From Octopus sinensis (Eukaryota): a DNA stretch of 64,000 nt. The stretch is taken from contig NC_043011.1 of the NCBI RefSeq assembly GCF_006345805.1, positions 9,362,001 through 9,426,000 of the forward strand, written 5' to 3'. The position numbers and the translations under genes were made by a program. Below the pieces are notes generated by a model. The model was not told the origin of the DNA, did no database searches, and worked only from the letters and a program-made list of their open reading frames with translations. Shown here in pieces: positions 24,056 to 38,572 of the stretch. Every line of letters begins with the position of its first letter. Position 1 is the stretch's first letter.

Positions 24056-27000
24056 GTCTCTAAATGATTCTGATATAAAAGTAGACACTGACAAATGATG
24101 CTGTGGAGATAATTCAAGGTAGGAGGCAGTAATTACAATCAGTGTAAAGAGATAAAAAGACAGGTGATGAGGTTAGCTGGTAAGTGAGAGAAAAGCGGTT
24201 CAAGTCTTATCAGTGCTTAAATCATTTGATATTATCAAAGATATTTTGTTTGTTGTTTTGTATTGTTTCGATGTGTTGTCTTTATAGAACGCATCACACA
24301 CAGTTTATAGATTCTATAGTTGGATTTACTCAACGATAGAATCTGTCAAGAGAGATGTTGTGGAGTCTTACATGCCTTGACAAAAGGGATAAACATATCA
24401 GTTATATTAATGTCCATATTGTCACTGCCTCAGTTTGATTATTTTCATAAATTGGTGGTTGGTTGTGTCTTTTTTTTTTTTAGTATGGTTTGAAGGAAGG
24501 GACATAGTTTTTGAGTGATGTGGGATTGATGCTGTGGTTAAACCTCAGGGACTGCAGGATAAATGTGTGCAAAGAAGGGAATTTCCAAAGGAAGAATTAC
24601 TTGTTGTGTTTAGGGTGGGTGAATGCAAATGGACAATGGGGGGGGGGGTAGAGACGGAGCCTAAGGGCAAAGACAATGTTTACATGGGTCAGAAGTTGGA
24701 GTGGTATTGACCACCTGGTCAGTTCAGGATATTGTAGAGGATGTGTGTGTGTGTAGCCTCATTCCACATGTGGAAGCAGTTTTCCATTGTGTTTCACCTG
24801 AGTTTTGTAGAGAGTTTGTTGCTGTTGTTGTTGTTGCTGGCCCTGAAGAGGAAGACCAGAACCAGATATTGTTTTGCTTAGTCGAAGGTGACGCCTTGCA
24901 TTTGTGGTGACTTTAAAGGGTTGTTGTGTATGTAATATGAATAATGACTATTGAATAAGGACTATTCTTTTACTGGCGATGGAGACTAGACAGGCACAAG
25001 ATGTCAATTGAGTTATTACAAGGTTAAGGAGGAATGAAGAGTGATAAAACTGGGTATCATTGGTGAGGGTTAGTATGTCTTAGATATAAAAGACCAGCAG
25101 TGAAGTGTATGTGGAGGGGGAAACCAACCCATGTGTTGATAGTGTGGATCAGGGAGAGAGAGAGAGAGAGAGAGAGCTCTCTATTGGTACACACACACAC
25201 ACACATTGTGATACTGGGATCTGACAAGAAACTATTGACATGAGAGGTGGACGGAGCCCCTTGGTGTGAAGTTTTGCTGGGAGTTCTCATTTCTAAGTGA
25301 TAGTGACATGTACTCACGTCACAAAACAAAATACACAATATTATTTAATCAACTTATGAAGTCCAGCTGTGAGTTAGAGAAACTATAATAGAGGAGCAGG
25401 AATTACTGAAAGGTAAATTTGGGTTTGTCACAGTCAAAGGGAGATAATTATTTTTGTAGTGTTTCAAAAAAAAAAAGAAAGCCTTACTAGGTTGATAGTG
25501 TACCACGTGAGAAGTCAACGATTTGTCCCCCATCTGGTGAGGAGTCAACGATTTGTCCCCCATCTGGTGAGGAGTCAACAATCGGTCTCCCACCAGCAGA
25601 TCTGCACTGAGGTTTCTCTCTCTTTTTTTTGTGTGTGTGTCAAAGCTCGTTTCAGAAAAGTGCTTTATGTAGGTAGGTAGGTACAGACCATTGTTCAAAG
25701 AGCGGGAATATGCTATAATTAATGAGTGTTTAATTAGATTTCAGCCCTGGATTTAAATTGTGAATGCTATAACCATTTCCTTTCAAGGAATCATTTACAA
25801 ACAGTTAACTAATCAAAAGAAGAACTCATAGAAGAAATCCTTATTCTGTTGGCAATTTGGTAGAGCTTCACATACAATACCTTGTACTATGTGTTCTAGC
25901 TCTCTCTCAACTCTGAGTTCAAATCCCACTGAAGCCATCATTGCATTTTGTCATTTGGAGGTTGGTAAAGCACCAGCCAATCACTATGGCTGATTCTTCT
26001 GGCTTTCTGGAAGAGGTCATCTATGTCTAAATCTTAAAGAGAGATGATCCTTGTCCAGTTTAAATTGGCCAAGACCTGTTGTGCATTATGAGAGTACCAT
26101 GAGGAGTTAATGAGCTGAGAAAGGAAGAATTTAATATTGACTCTTTAAAGGCACTGGCCGAGTATCCCAATGACAAAAAGCGTTTCAATTATGACCATTT
26201 TGTCTTGTTTGGGACATTCTAACTTATAGGCAAAACTAAATGGTAAGCCAGGAGAAAACTTGTAAACAGTGGTAGTGCTACAGCATGGCCTTATAGGGGT
26301 AGGGGGTATATATTCTTTAAAAGCATATTTTATTTTGCAGCTGGAAAGAATATAACATGGCCAACAGAGATACGGCACTACGATATCTTGTTAATGTAAC
26401 TGTGTGTTACAGAGACAGAACACAGCATTCTGGTGTCTTGTTGATCGTCAAAGATTTGTTGGGTTTTGAATATTCATTGTTTTTTCCAAAAATCCCTAAT
26501 TGAAAGGAGGTTGGGTAGCATCCATAACAGTTACTAGGCTTTCTGAGATTGATGGCAGGAAGTGAACAGAACTGGAAACTTGGCTTGTAATAAATTGGGT
26601 TTCACTGTAGATCCCTTACAACCGAGTGATAGAATTAAATTGGATGATAGATTAGATCTAACACCTGGGGAAGGATTAGTATAGTTCCAGCAACAAACTT
26701 CCATAAAGTGGTGTCTACCAAATTTTTACTCTCAAGACTTCGGCTGACCTCAGGCTATGATAGAAACCATCAGGCAAAGGTATCACATGACTGGATCAAA
26801 ACAGAAACCATTCAGTTGCCAAGTGACCGTCTTAACCATACAGTTGTCTCCCTTAACTACACAGCCATTCTTCTCCCTACAAATTAGTTGTGAGCAATAA
26901 ATAGGGTGTGGCTTATTTCTTGACGTTCACCAGGACGGTGCCTAATAGGGTTACTGATCAGTGGGGACACACAAGGAACCTTTCTGGGTTTTGTACAGTC

Positions 27001-28356
27001 CAGAGAAGGGTGAGACACAATTTTCTATGATGAGACTAACAAAGGGTCTGGCTGGGTTTGGAGGATATGTTCAAAAGCTCAGAGCCCATTGTAGTAGCAG
27101 TCTAAGGGCTTGTAGTGTAAGTTTTGGGTGTTCAGCTCTCAATCATAAGGACATGGGTTCAATAACTGGATTGAGTGGTGAGTGTTTTTGAGTCTGACAC
27201 TTCATGTCACACTACAGGAGTAGTGTGACATACAAATTAGCAGGTTGCTGGCATAATTCTCTCTCTCCCTCTCTCTCTCTAGTTGTTACCTCTTGGATGT
27301 TCTTCAAGATCAAAGATGGGAGGGCTGAAGGGGTGTCTATGTCTATTCACGACTACACACACACACCTAAAACAATAAAAGCATGGGTCAGGTAACTAAA
27401 TCCTATTTGCATTCATGTGACAACTGGATGTACATAAAGGATTAGAGGAGGGTGGGTATAGGAAAACTTCTGGCATTGAGAATTCCAGGGATGGCTGCAG
27501 GATAAGGGTCCATACTTCTAGAGTTCTGAGAGGTGTTGGTGCTAGAGATAAACTCGTTACAACCTGTAATTACATCTCGAAAGTTGGCTTAGTTCACGGA
27601 GAGTTTAAATAGCATCATTTCTGATTACTTAACATTGCTGTCATATTTGTAATGGATGTTGGCAGTTGTGTAGGCAACCATTCTGTGGTGGTGGTCTTGG
27701 TTGTATAGGCAATGGAAGTGGTAAAAGAGGTGTTACTGGAGGTGATGATGGTACAGGTGGTCATAAAGGTAGTTGATGGTGGTGGAGGTGGAGGTGGTGG
27801 TCATGGAAGTAGTGGTAGTAGTAGTAGTAGTGTTTGTAGTGGTGGAGGTGTTTGCAGGGGAATCATGTGCAGTTTCCATGTTGATACCATATTTCTATTA
27901 AATGCATGTCAAAGAAGTGACATCTCCTTCTCCTACCTCATATTTCTCTCTCTCTCTCTCTCTCCCCCTCCTTCTGTTTTCCCCTCTCTCTAGCTTCCTG
28001 TCTTTCCACCTCTGTTCCCCCCCTCTCTCCTAACCCCCCCCTCTCTTCTCATGGATTTAGGCGAACAGCAAGTTGGTGTCAAATTAAATTAGTTTATAGA
28101 AGAAATACTTTCGATAGATTTTGTGCTTTGACTGGGGTGGGGTGGGGGGCGGGGGGCAGAGGTAGTTTAGCGAGAGAGGTACATAGGTTGACAGGGAGGG
28201 GGGAGGGGGGGAGTTCGTATTCCTTGAACATGTTCGAGTTGAGTTGCTATTCGAAGCAATGGAATATAATAAGATTAAGCAAATAGAGTGGGGGGGGGAG
28301 GGGAAAGGTTGAAGTGGATTGCAGCGGAGTGGAATGGAATGACAAAGGATGGGGGG

Positions 28357-28393
<37 letters not shown>

Positions 28394-28638
28394 AAGAAAT
28401 TGTGGTGGAGAGAATTTGTCAGCCTAAAAGCACAGACACAATGAAGGGGGGGGGGGATCATGAAATAATGATGTGGGAGGAGGAGGAGGAGGAGGCATTT
28501 GCATGAATGTAGAAGAAATAAGGTGGGAAGTGGAAACGGAGAGACAAACACAGATATGGACTCACAAATGCAGGCATAGAACCTCACACGCACTTAATTA
28601 CATACATAAGCATACGTATTCATATAGCTTTACAGATG

Positions 28639-28676
<38 letters not shown>

Positions 28677-29469
28677 TTCGTGCTTACAAATGCACGTAGT
28701 TATACTTGGACAATTTATTTGTTTTTAGGAAGTAAAGAATAAACAAGAAAGATTGATAAAACTAGAGAAATTGAGAAATGTGTCTGTGAGAAAGGGGGAG
28801 AGGTGAGAAAGAGAGAGAGGGAGAGATGAGTGTTTCTTTGAGTGGTGTTTTAACACCAGTTTTGTCTTTGTCAAGTGGACCGATGATTAAAGATGTCCTG
28901 GCCATGATCATCTTTTCCTTTTTGTATATCCTTGCAGTGTTCCATGGCTTGGTGTATGAAGCAGACCAGATGCAGTGAGGTGATTGCACACCAACGTGAC
29001 ACTTTCTCCATGAAGCTCATGGCATTGGTAGAGTTTTAAATTATTCTACTCATTGTATTTTCATAGGCTTTGTACAAATAGCAGAAAAGGATTGTTTAAT
29101 GAATGAACAGAATAGGAGATGGCACAGAAAAACTAATGGTAAAATAGTTTCTGTGATAACGACAAACATTTTCTCACAGATCATTGCAATATAACACAAT
29201 AACAATCTTAATTATTGTAATGACATAATAAATATTACAACAGTTGTAGATGCGTGTATGGTGTTTGTCTCTGGGTGTCCGTCTGCCTATTCTTGTCTGA
29301 TACGTGTCCTGGAAACAAAAGTTCCCTGAAACCATGTTGAGTGCCTTTAGTAGAGCCCTCTCTGTTGCAGGTGTTCCACTCAGATCTTTGCCCTTCCTAC
29401 CCATCTCTGAGGCTCAGTAAAAGGGTCAAGAGTATGATTATAGACAATAATCAACAAAATCTTCCTCAC

Positions 29470-29610
29470 CTAAAAGGACCAGTGTCTTCCGTAGAAATGC
29501 CGGTAAACGCGCGACTTCTTCATAAGTAACTAAATCCAATTGGTCAAAAATGGCATTGAGTTTGGCTAAGTATTTGTCTTTTTTTTTCCGTCCAAACCAC
29601 GAACAGTGAC
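29470..29610 (-). CDS. CASK: CASK exon, HOOK region to start of GK ([46 protein letters not shown])
   Basis: Acceptor ttccag, donor gtgagg, 141 nt, phase 1/1. Near-identical to CASK CTWFGKKKK...[37 protein letters not shown]. Confidence 0.95.
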
Positions 29611-32368
29611 CTGGAAGACAGAGAAGAGAAGAAAGAACGTTAGCATTAAACAGTATAACAAATGAGTTAATACACACATATATACACACATATACATATA
29701 TACATGCACATGTATACATTTATATACACACATCGTGAATATGTATTGACACATACAGTGGGGTGTCAGTATATAATTGTAAGGGTGTTATTAATGTTCC
29801 TCTCATCTGGTGTCCTTGTGGCAAATAAAAGAAATCATTATTATTGTTATTATTATCATTATTAAGTTATGGAATTGTTTTCTGGTATTTGTTGTGACTT
29901 TTTTACTTTTTGAGTTCAAATTCCACTGAAGTCAAATTTACCTTTCGTTCTTTCAGGGTCAGTGAAATAAGTCACTGGTCAATCACTGGGGTTAGTCATA
30001 TCAACTTGTTCCCCTCCCCACCCCATCTACCAAATTTCAGGCTTTGTACCTAAATTAGAGACTGGTATTCATTATTCAATTCAAACCCCACTGAGATTAA
30101 CTTTGTTTTTCATCCTTTGAAGTCAGTAAAGTACCAGCTAAATACTGGTGTCAGTCTTGCTTCTAAATCGTTTGGATGATTTAATTTATGACCTTTGGTT
30201 GTTGTTAAAAGATATCATTATTGCTAGCACTGGGCTTGTGGCTCTATTCCATGTAGTGTTACCTGTTTTTTTCCAAGAGTTCCTTTAACTGTAGTTACAC
30301 CTTGAGGCATAAAAACAATCTCTTTATCTGCCAGAATATAAAGCAGACATAAAAGCCGATTCCAAAATGTAAAATATGTTAAAGTGACACTGAACAATGT
30401 TTATAGAATAAAGTCTGGAATGTGAAAGAAATTCGGTAAATATGCTGAGTTAATGGAATATTTTCACTTTATATTCCAGGACTTGATGCCAGAATAGAGA
30501 GAAGAATTTTAAAAAAATAATTAGAATATCTTATCTCACAACATATCAATTAGTTTTGTCTATCTTTAGAGGTTAAAGCAATCATCAGGTATTGTGACTA
30601 AGATGGAAATAATTATGGTTTATATTCTACATTATTATCAGATTGTTGTTGGGTGAATGGGTAGGGTACTAGGCAGAGAGTGAAATTTGTGGTTTTGAGT
30701 TCAATTCCAACTGTGGATAGTCTATTGAAATATTGTTCATTTTCAGCAGAACCCTTTAACAAATACCATTTTATTGTCAAGGAATTGGGTGACAGGATTG
30801 TTCTCTAATTTTAGGCTCTTAATCCACCTTCAACAGGTGACTATACCATGTCGTGTTATCACATTCAACAGGTAACAGTTCCATGCTGTGGTGCTGTTTC
30901 CTAAGCCTTTCTTGTTGTTATTGAGAACCCTCACTCTACCAGGTATGCCTTGATCCAATGATCAGACCTTACAGTCATGGCCACTTTGTCAAACACTGTA
31001 AATTATCTGTTCAGTTTTAAGAAGGCAGTATATGATTTAAGGTTGACTCAGCTACTATTTTTAGTTGATCAAATGATTTTAAAGGTTCTCTCTTTGGCTT
31101 CTAAGCTTTCCCAAGTGTTTGTAGTTGACAACACATGAAAGGCCATATTATTTACCTATACAAAAAGGTAGCAAGCGAGCAGAATCTTTTGAGCATGTCT
31201 TGAGATGATTTATAAGTTCAAATCCCACCAAGGCCAACTTTACCTTTCATCCCCACTTTGGGGTCTGTAAAATAAGGAACCTGTGTCTAGTACAGGGGTC
31301 ATTCTAAATGACTAACTCCTTCCCCTCATAATTGCTGGCCTTGTGCCTCAACTAGAAATCATTATTACCTGTATTGAAAGCTATACAGGTATTATTACAT
31401 GTGTATGCAGTATTACAGCTCGGTACTAAAACCTTTATGCAGTATTACTGCTTATACACTATTACTTTACAGCTGTATAGTATTACATCTTACAAGTACA
31501 TAAAAAGCTACATAAAAACCATTTTGCAACTCTGCAGTTTAACTACTTTTATCAAGCAGCATTGAAAGAGATATCTTCGATATTTTCTCCATTATTGACT
31601 GTTTCATTCCATCACTGTGAGGCTTCTTCCTATATCTCTGCAAATCAGAAGATTTACAGCAAAAATAGACTTCATAAAAAGAAAAGAAAATAAAAAGGCA
31701 TAATAAACGAAGAAAAAACAAACAAAACAACTGAATCTAATTGAATATGGAATCTATTTTTTTATGTCTTCTTTGCCGTGTAGGAATATCAAAGCAACAG
31801 TTTCAATATGGAACACACTCTGGGAGTCCATTAAACATTCCTCTAGTTTCACGGGGTGAAAGGAGAAAAAAATATGGAAATAAAATAGAAATGAAGCATC
31901 TTTTCAGGAAAATCACCAATTTAGAACCTGTAACCATTAGAAGAATATCAGGAATAGATGCAATGGCATGTGGAAATTGGACAGTAAATTTACTGCCAAC
32001 TGCTGATAATGTCATTTTATAGGTGCCTTAAGTCAGCTTAATACCAGCTTTATTATTATATCAGCTGAAACATCTATCTGCCATTATATTCCTCTCGGCA
32101 CCTTCACAACTTTCCCATTATTCAATGACACATTTCTCCCAACATTATCTACTTTTCGAAAATCCCTAACTTGCCGCTTCATATTTCTACTGCTGTCTCC
32201 TTTTATTTCAATTTTCTTTTGTTTTGCATAGATGACATCTTAATCTTTGCTGACAGCCATTTTACTTGTGTGTGTGTGTGTACACACTCACACACACACC
32301 ATGGATACTAATGCTGAACCTGCTATTTTAAAGATAACATATTGGACACTGCTGACATTGGATTTTTA

Positions 32369-32594
32369 GTGAACTGGCAGAAACGTTAGCACACGGGGCT
32401 AAATGCTTAGCAGTATTTCGTCTGCCACTACGTTCTGAGTTCAAATTCCGCTGAGGTCGACTTTGCCTTTCATCCTTTCAGGGTCGATAAATAAAGTACC
32501 AGTTATGCACTGAGGTCGATGTAATCGACTTAATCCCCTTGTCTGTCCTTGTTTGTTCTCTCTGTGTTTAGCCCCTTGTGGGTAGTAAAGAAAT
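32369..32594 (+). mobile_element. tRNA-headed SINE family B
   Basis: CTGGCAGAAACGTTAGCAC head, GAGTTCAAATTCC B box, central GCCTTTCATCCTTTCAGGGTCGATAAAT.AAGTACCAG (resembles the Meta-SINE domain). Near-identical to 37217-37448 and 56832-57060. Confidence 0.85.
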
Positions 32595-33054
32595 ATATAA
32601 TATGGTAGAGTATATTTGTGTGTGTGTGTGTGTATGTAGGTAAGTACCACCAAGAAAAGATTATTTAACACTGTTGAATATTTGTGTTAATGATTAGTGA
32701 CATCTCAATCTGCATTAATCAGTCCCACCATCAATGCATCAGCAAATCTGATTCTTCAGAGGATGTTGATCGAAGCGATGAAGCAGCCAATCCTTTAAAG
32801 AAGGATGATTGCCAGTAACGCTCATTCTTAGTTTAGTCTGTCTAGGTCATGTGATGGAAAATTGCTAGGCAACTGGTAGTAGCTGTGGTGGTTGGGGCTG
32901 AACCAGGGACATCTTTGATGCAATAGAAAAGAACCGTATCTCTTGTTTTCAGTTCCAGTGGAATTCCAGTAAAGTCTCAAAGAAACTAATGGATCAGGGT
33001 TGGCAAATAACAGGGAACTTTGTATTTTGTTCTTCAAACTACTGTGACTGAGTT

Positions 33055-33375
33055 CCTTTTGAGCATTGGGCCTCATGAGGGCAAAGTGGCCGAGCACCTT
33101 TTAAGTGTTGGGCCTCATGGAGGCAATGACCAAGACCTTTGGCATTCTGTCGTGCTTGAGAAGAAGACCCATCAAGCCAAGCTTTGTTTTAAAGTAAAGG
33201 AAAGATAATTTAATATGTTCGAAGACAAAGGAGTAGTAGAGAGATTGTGAACACAGTATGTATGCGTAATGTTCACAAGCAAAGAAACTGAATGAACTTC
33301 TACACATATCGATCAGCATAGTCCAACCCATGCTAGCATGGAAAGTGGACGCTAAATGATGATGATGATGATGAT
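33055..33375 (+). mobile_element. RTE 3' fragments (ORF end and terminal block) separated by unrelated sequence
   Basis: GAGCATTGGGCCTCATGAGG... at 33061-33181, then GTCCAACCCATGCTAGCATGGAAAG...(GAT)n. Confidence 0.7.
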
Positions 33376-36282
33376 GATTGCAATAGATGAACTCTTACAG
33401 CAATCACTGGGAATGCTTAGTTTTCATTTTCCATAATTAACTTTTAAATTTATACTTTTTCATTTAAAAAAATACCCAAGTGAGAGATCATTAAATGATG
33501 TATTGCTGTATATGTTTGTATGTGAGTTTATGTGTGTTTTTATGTGTTTGTATATATACAGAAATACCCTTGGTTGGTGCCAGGGTACACAGTAAAACCA
33601 GTGGGAGTAAGGGACACCCCCCCACTAGTTGTTGTTGTTGTTCTAGGAGAAGGACACTGTGATGTAAACCTGTGGTTTCACATGATTGCTGGTCATCTCA
33701 CATCAGCCCTTTCACTGGGAACTAATCCCTGACACTCACAAAGTGGTATTCATCAGTGGTACAAGCATTTATCACAATCATCCAGTGGCGCTTATCTGCT
33801 TGTGGTCACCTCATTTGTCATTCCGTCCACTGAAAGTCCTACGACAGACGCTCACCTAACCTGTTGGAAGGGCACTGCTGGTTAGTCTGTCACTTCTGCT
33901 TCGAACCATGCAGGTTTGCAAAGGGAATGTATAGTCAACCGAGAGGTCATGGATGGATAGTCAGAAATACCATTGACAGTGAGGAAGCACAAGGAGATGG
34001 CAATCATTTGTGAAAATGGAGCAATTACTATATATATATTAGGTGCAGGTATGGCAGTGGAATTAAGTTTGCTTCCACACCATGTGGTTTGGGGTTGAGT
34101 TCTACAGTGGCACCTTGGACAAATACCTCTTACTATAGCCTTGACTTAACCAAAGCCAGGTGAATGGATTAGTAGACAGAAACTGACAGGAGCCTCTTGT
34201 ATGCTTGTTTTTTGTGTTTGTTTATTTTTGTACTTCTCTGAAAATTGCACAAAACGATGTTGCTTCACTTCTCCAGTCAATGGGCCACCTACCAGCTTTG
34301 GGTATTTGAAGGTTTGGGTGGCATAAGACATTCCTGACACGAAAAAGAATTAAGGTTTAGTAAAAGAAAGGGTATGTGGGTGTAAAACAGTCCCTTGATA
34401 TATTTGTCTAACACTGCAAGCATGGAAAAATGGACCAAAATCTATTTCTTGGTATTCAGTCACTATTTTCCATCTTTTGAATTGCAAGTATTCTCAGTTA
34501 TGTCCTTTGAAAGGCTTCGAAATTAATTACATCGACTCCAGGACTCAATATGGTGTCTTTTTATTGAATAGCTAAGTCCTTTGGTGCAAAGAGACATAAC
34601 TCGGTACTACAAGTTATGTTCGTTCAATGCACTGCTTAACACACACACGTGCCTAGGCAGCTCCTGTCAAACTGTCCAACCCATGCCAGCATGGAAAGCA
34701 GACGTTAAATGATGATGATGTGTGTGTGTTTGAGAGAGAGAGAGAGAGAATGGCTTTGCACAATTTCCTCCCCACAAAGCATTGGTTAACCTGAGGCTAT
34801 GTTAGCAGTGACTTGACTAATGTGGAGCACAGAGCCATCTTATTGCAAAGCAAACTTCTTATCCGCTCAGAGATTATACTTTTTTTTTATTGATCTCTCC
34901 TCAGAGGTTAAAACTATTTCAAGACGTCCACTCACCCACCCACCCACCCATCAACCCACACTTTTCACAAATGCCTAGAAATAAAATGAAGACTACTTTA
35001 ATATTTGCATGCATAAAATATATTATGCATATGTATGTATATATATATATATATATATGTGTGTGTATGTATGTACTTATGTATTTATGTGTATAAATGT
35101 GTGTGTATGTAAGTCTATATATATATATATGTATATATGTGTATCTATGTATATATAAATGTATGCATGTTTATATGTATGTGTCTGTGTGTATATATGC
35201 ACATGTATATATGTGTGTGTATGTATTTGTGTGTGTGTGTGTGTGCATATGCACATGTATAACTGTGTGTGTGTATGCACATGTATATAGGTTTATGTAC
35301 GTATATGTATTTATATATATGTATATAGATAACCTTAATGAAATGAAGGTTGCATTGTGGCTTGGAATTTCAATGTTAAGTCACTGACCACTGCAGTGAG
35401 TCAACATAGAAACTGCAGGTGACTATGTGTGTGTGTGTGTGTGTGTATATATTATTGTATATTGATCATTCATTTTTATACCTTTTGAGATCTAGTCATG
35501 TTTTATAAAAGTATATTTTATTGGTTATTATGTTTTGGTTGATGTCTGTCACTGTTTGAGTTGCATAGAAGTGGTTTTATCTCTAATTTATATTTTATAC
35601 ATTTATATTGTGAAATTGGATTAAATACTAAATTGAATTTTTCCCTGTAAGTTTGGAGTTATACTCCCTAATATTATTATTATTATCATTATTATTATTG
35701 TTATCATTATTATTATTATTTTGTTTTGTACACCACCTGTCTTCGTCTTTTGTTTTTTTCGTAAACTCTCCCTATATATAACATACATAGCATTTATTCT
35801 GCACAATGTTTTAATACCTCATCATAAAATTGAGAATAAGCTGTAACGATGTATAATGCTATTTCTTTATAGTCATATATCATATCTGTCTGCTGCAGCT
35901 ACAGAATGGTATGATTGGTGTAGTGCAGTAGAAGCCAGGTACCACATACTGTGAGAGGAAATGGTGGAGATAGGGTTCTGTGACAAATGACCATTAGAAG
36001 AGGTGATGAGGTTAGATGTATATAGTGCTGCTCACAGACAAGATAAATGGTGAAGTGCCATGCATAGACCCGTCATAAAACCACAGTAGCTTAGAAAAGC
36101 ATTCACTAAAATCTTAATAAGTTGTGATAGATTTATCATTTTAACATCCATTTGTCTTCTCTGTTTAATTGCTGTGTCTCACCACCTTGTAACACAACCC
36201 TCGTCAGACATGTTATTATGGTTTTTGCATGCGGATTAGAACCTTGTGTCACCGAGAGAGAGAGAGAGATAGAGAGGGAGAG

Positions 36283-36350
<68 letters not shown>

Positions 36351-37216
36351 GTGTTTGTCTTTAGTAAGTACCCCAAGCTAGGTTAGGCAATGATCGTTGA
36401 TGTAACATTTTTCAATTTGAAGAAATAGAGGAATTTATATTGGAATGGAGATTTTGGAAGAGAATTCTTGGGAAAATATCTGAAATAGAAAGAAGAAACT
36501 CGGTGAGGTTTTCCAATATTCGACAATCTACTAGCAGTGATGCTGGACTGGCATCATAGCTAGCAAGATGTTGTCCTTGTTGGGTTTGATGCCATCAGGA
36601 AGGTGAAGAAGATGTTGTTACTTCACTCACAGAATCAGACAAGATGGATATTAACATGCTGCCAAACCATGTTCTACCGTATAATTTACCATAGTTAGCT
36701 GTGTAAGAGAGAGGAAGGGTGAGGAGAGATTTCCATGGAAGAATAAATGATGTAACCATAGAAACAGCAAATAACATCCATGACGTAGTAAAGATCAAAA
36801 AAGAAAGACAATTCCAAGTGCATTTAAATCATTCTTTCTTTTTCAATGCTGAAAGCTGATTGGCTGCATAAGTTAAGATAGAATTTGCCAGCAAAGTGAA
36901 TTACCATTGTCAAATGTAGCTAATAATGATTTCTATATAATTAGTTATGCTTAAGATGTATTGTATTCTTTGTATTCCTGTCATAAGTAGCAGGTTTTCA
37001 TAGAGCAGTGGAAGTTTCTGTTAGTCATTAAATATCTGAGACACCAATTTACTTTCTCTCCATCTTCATCTCACCAGTAAAGACCAACAAAGCATCCAAC
37101 ATGGCATAGATATTGACTATAGCACCAGCCTATACTCTCACTCAAGGCCTTTTATACAGCTGTACAGACATATAGTTACTGGTTGAAACATTAACCTATA
37201 CTTTTACATGATACCT

Positions 37217-37448
37217 ATTTCTTTACTACCCACACAAGGGGCTAAACACAGAGAGGACAAACAAGGACAGACAAACGGATTAAGTCGATTACATCGACCC
37301 CAGTGCATAACTGGTACTTATTTAATCGAGCCCAAAAGGATGAAAGGCAAAGTCGACCTCAGTGGAATTTGAACTCAGAACGTAACAACAGACGAAATAC
37401 CGCTAAGCATTTCGCCCGGTGTGCTAACGTTTCTACCAGCTCACCGCC
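37217..37448 (-). mobile_element. SINE family B, full length
   Basis: Reverse complement of the 32369-32594 type. Confidence 0.87.
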
Positions 37449-37751
37449 TTAGTTGTACCTAATGTACAACTATTTAGGCACACAGTTATAGGCTGCGAAA
37501 TTAGCTGATACTTTCACATGGTGCCTATTATACAGCCAGATAGACTGCTGCAACAACAATACAAACTCAGCTTGTTAGATAATTTGGATGAATAAGATTG
37601 GCAAATAGCAACATTGGCAAACTGTTCGCTTTAAAGTTTTGAATATGTTTCTAATGCAACACAATCTGTTATTTTAGCAAAACTTACTGCTTTGGTGCTC
37701 AGTTATGTGATAGAAAGGGACACAACAGAATACGCACACACACTCCTCCTC

Positions 37752-37853
<102 letters not shown>

Positions 37854-38301
37854 CATATACATACAAAGAGAGAACTTCTGGAGTTGATGAATTAACTGCA
37901 ACTAAGAACTGAAAGCAAACGACATTGGACAGACGAGTAGCAATTATAGAGAGACAAGAAGGACAGGTTGTCACAGTGAAGAGTCTTTAAATATCTGTTT
38001 ATTGGTTGCTGCTGCTGCTTCCAAGTGATAGATGTGTGTTTGCGTCTGTTATTACTATAGAGGAGGAGGAGGAGGATGTCAATATTACTCTGAAAATTAT
38101 CTTTCAAAATTTTTCTCAAAGTTGGAAAACTTTCAAAAATGATGAAAGAGATAAATCATCAAACTAGTTTGTACAGGTGAATTGGGTGGGGGATGAGAGG
38201 GGGAAAAACAGTCAGGTAATTATAGACCTGTATATATATATATTTATGAAGGTAATTATGCACCTGCATATGTACTAATTTATAGATCTGCATATAATAG
38301 T

Positions 38302-38530
38302 TCATCATCATCATTTGTCCTTTTTTTTCCACGCTGGAATGGGCTGGAATGGTCTGATAAGAACTGGCAAGCCAGAGGACTGGGCTGGGCTCCAGTGTTT
38401 GCCTTGGGGGTGGTTCTACTGCTAGCTGCCTTTCCTAATGCCAATCACTTTACAGAGTGTACTAGGTGCCTTTCTCATAGCAACAGTATTTGTAAGGTCA
38501 CCTAACCCCCAAAAGACAAGGCTCCCTCAG
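38302..38530 (-). mobile_element. Old RTE 3' terminal fragment
   Basis: (CAT)n then a diverged terminal block (GCCTTTCCTAATGCCAATCAC). Confidence 0.6.
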
Positions 38531-38541
38531 GTGAGTGGGTT

Positions 38542-38572
<31 letters not shown>

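Noticed and set aside
31539-31730. Strong pyrimidine tract and ttgcag acceptor on the CASK strand at about 31640
   Set aside because: In the required phase 1 it reads E-I-stop, with no donor and no CASK homology. Probably just the reverse of an A-rich tract.
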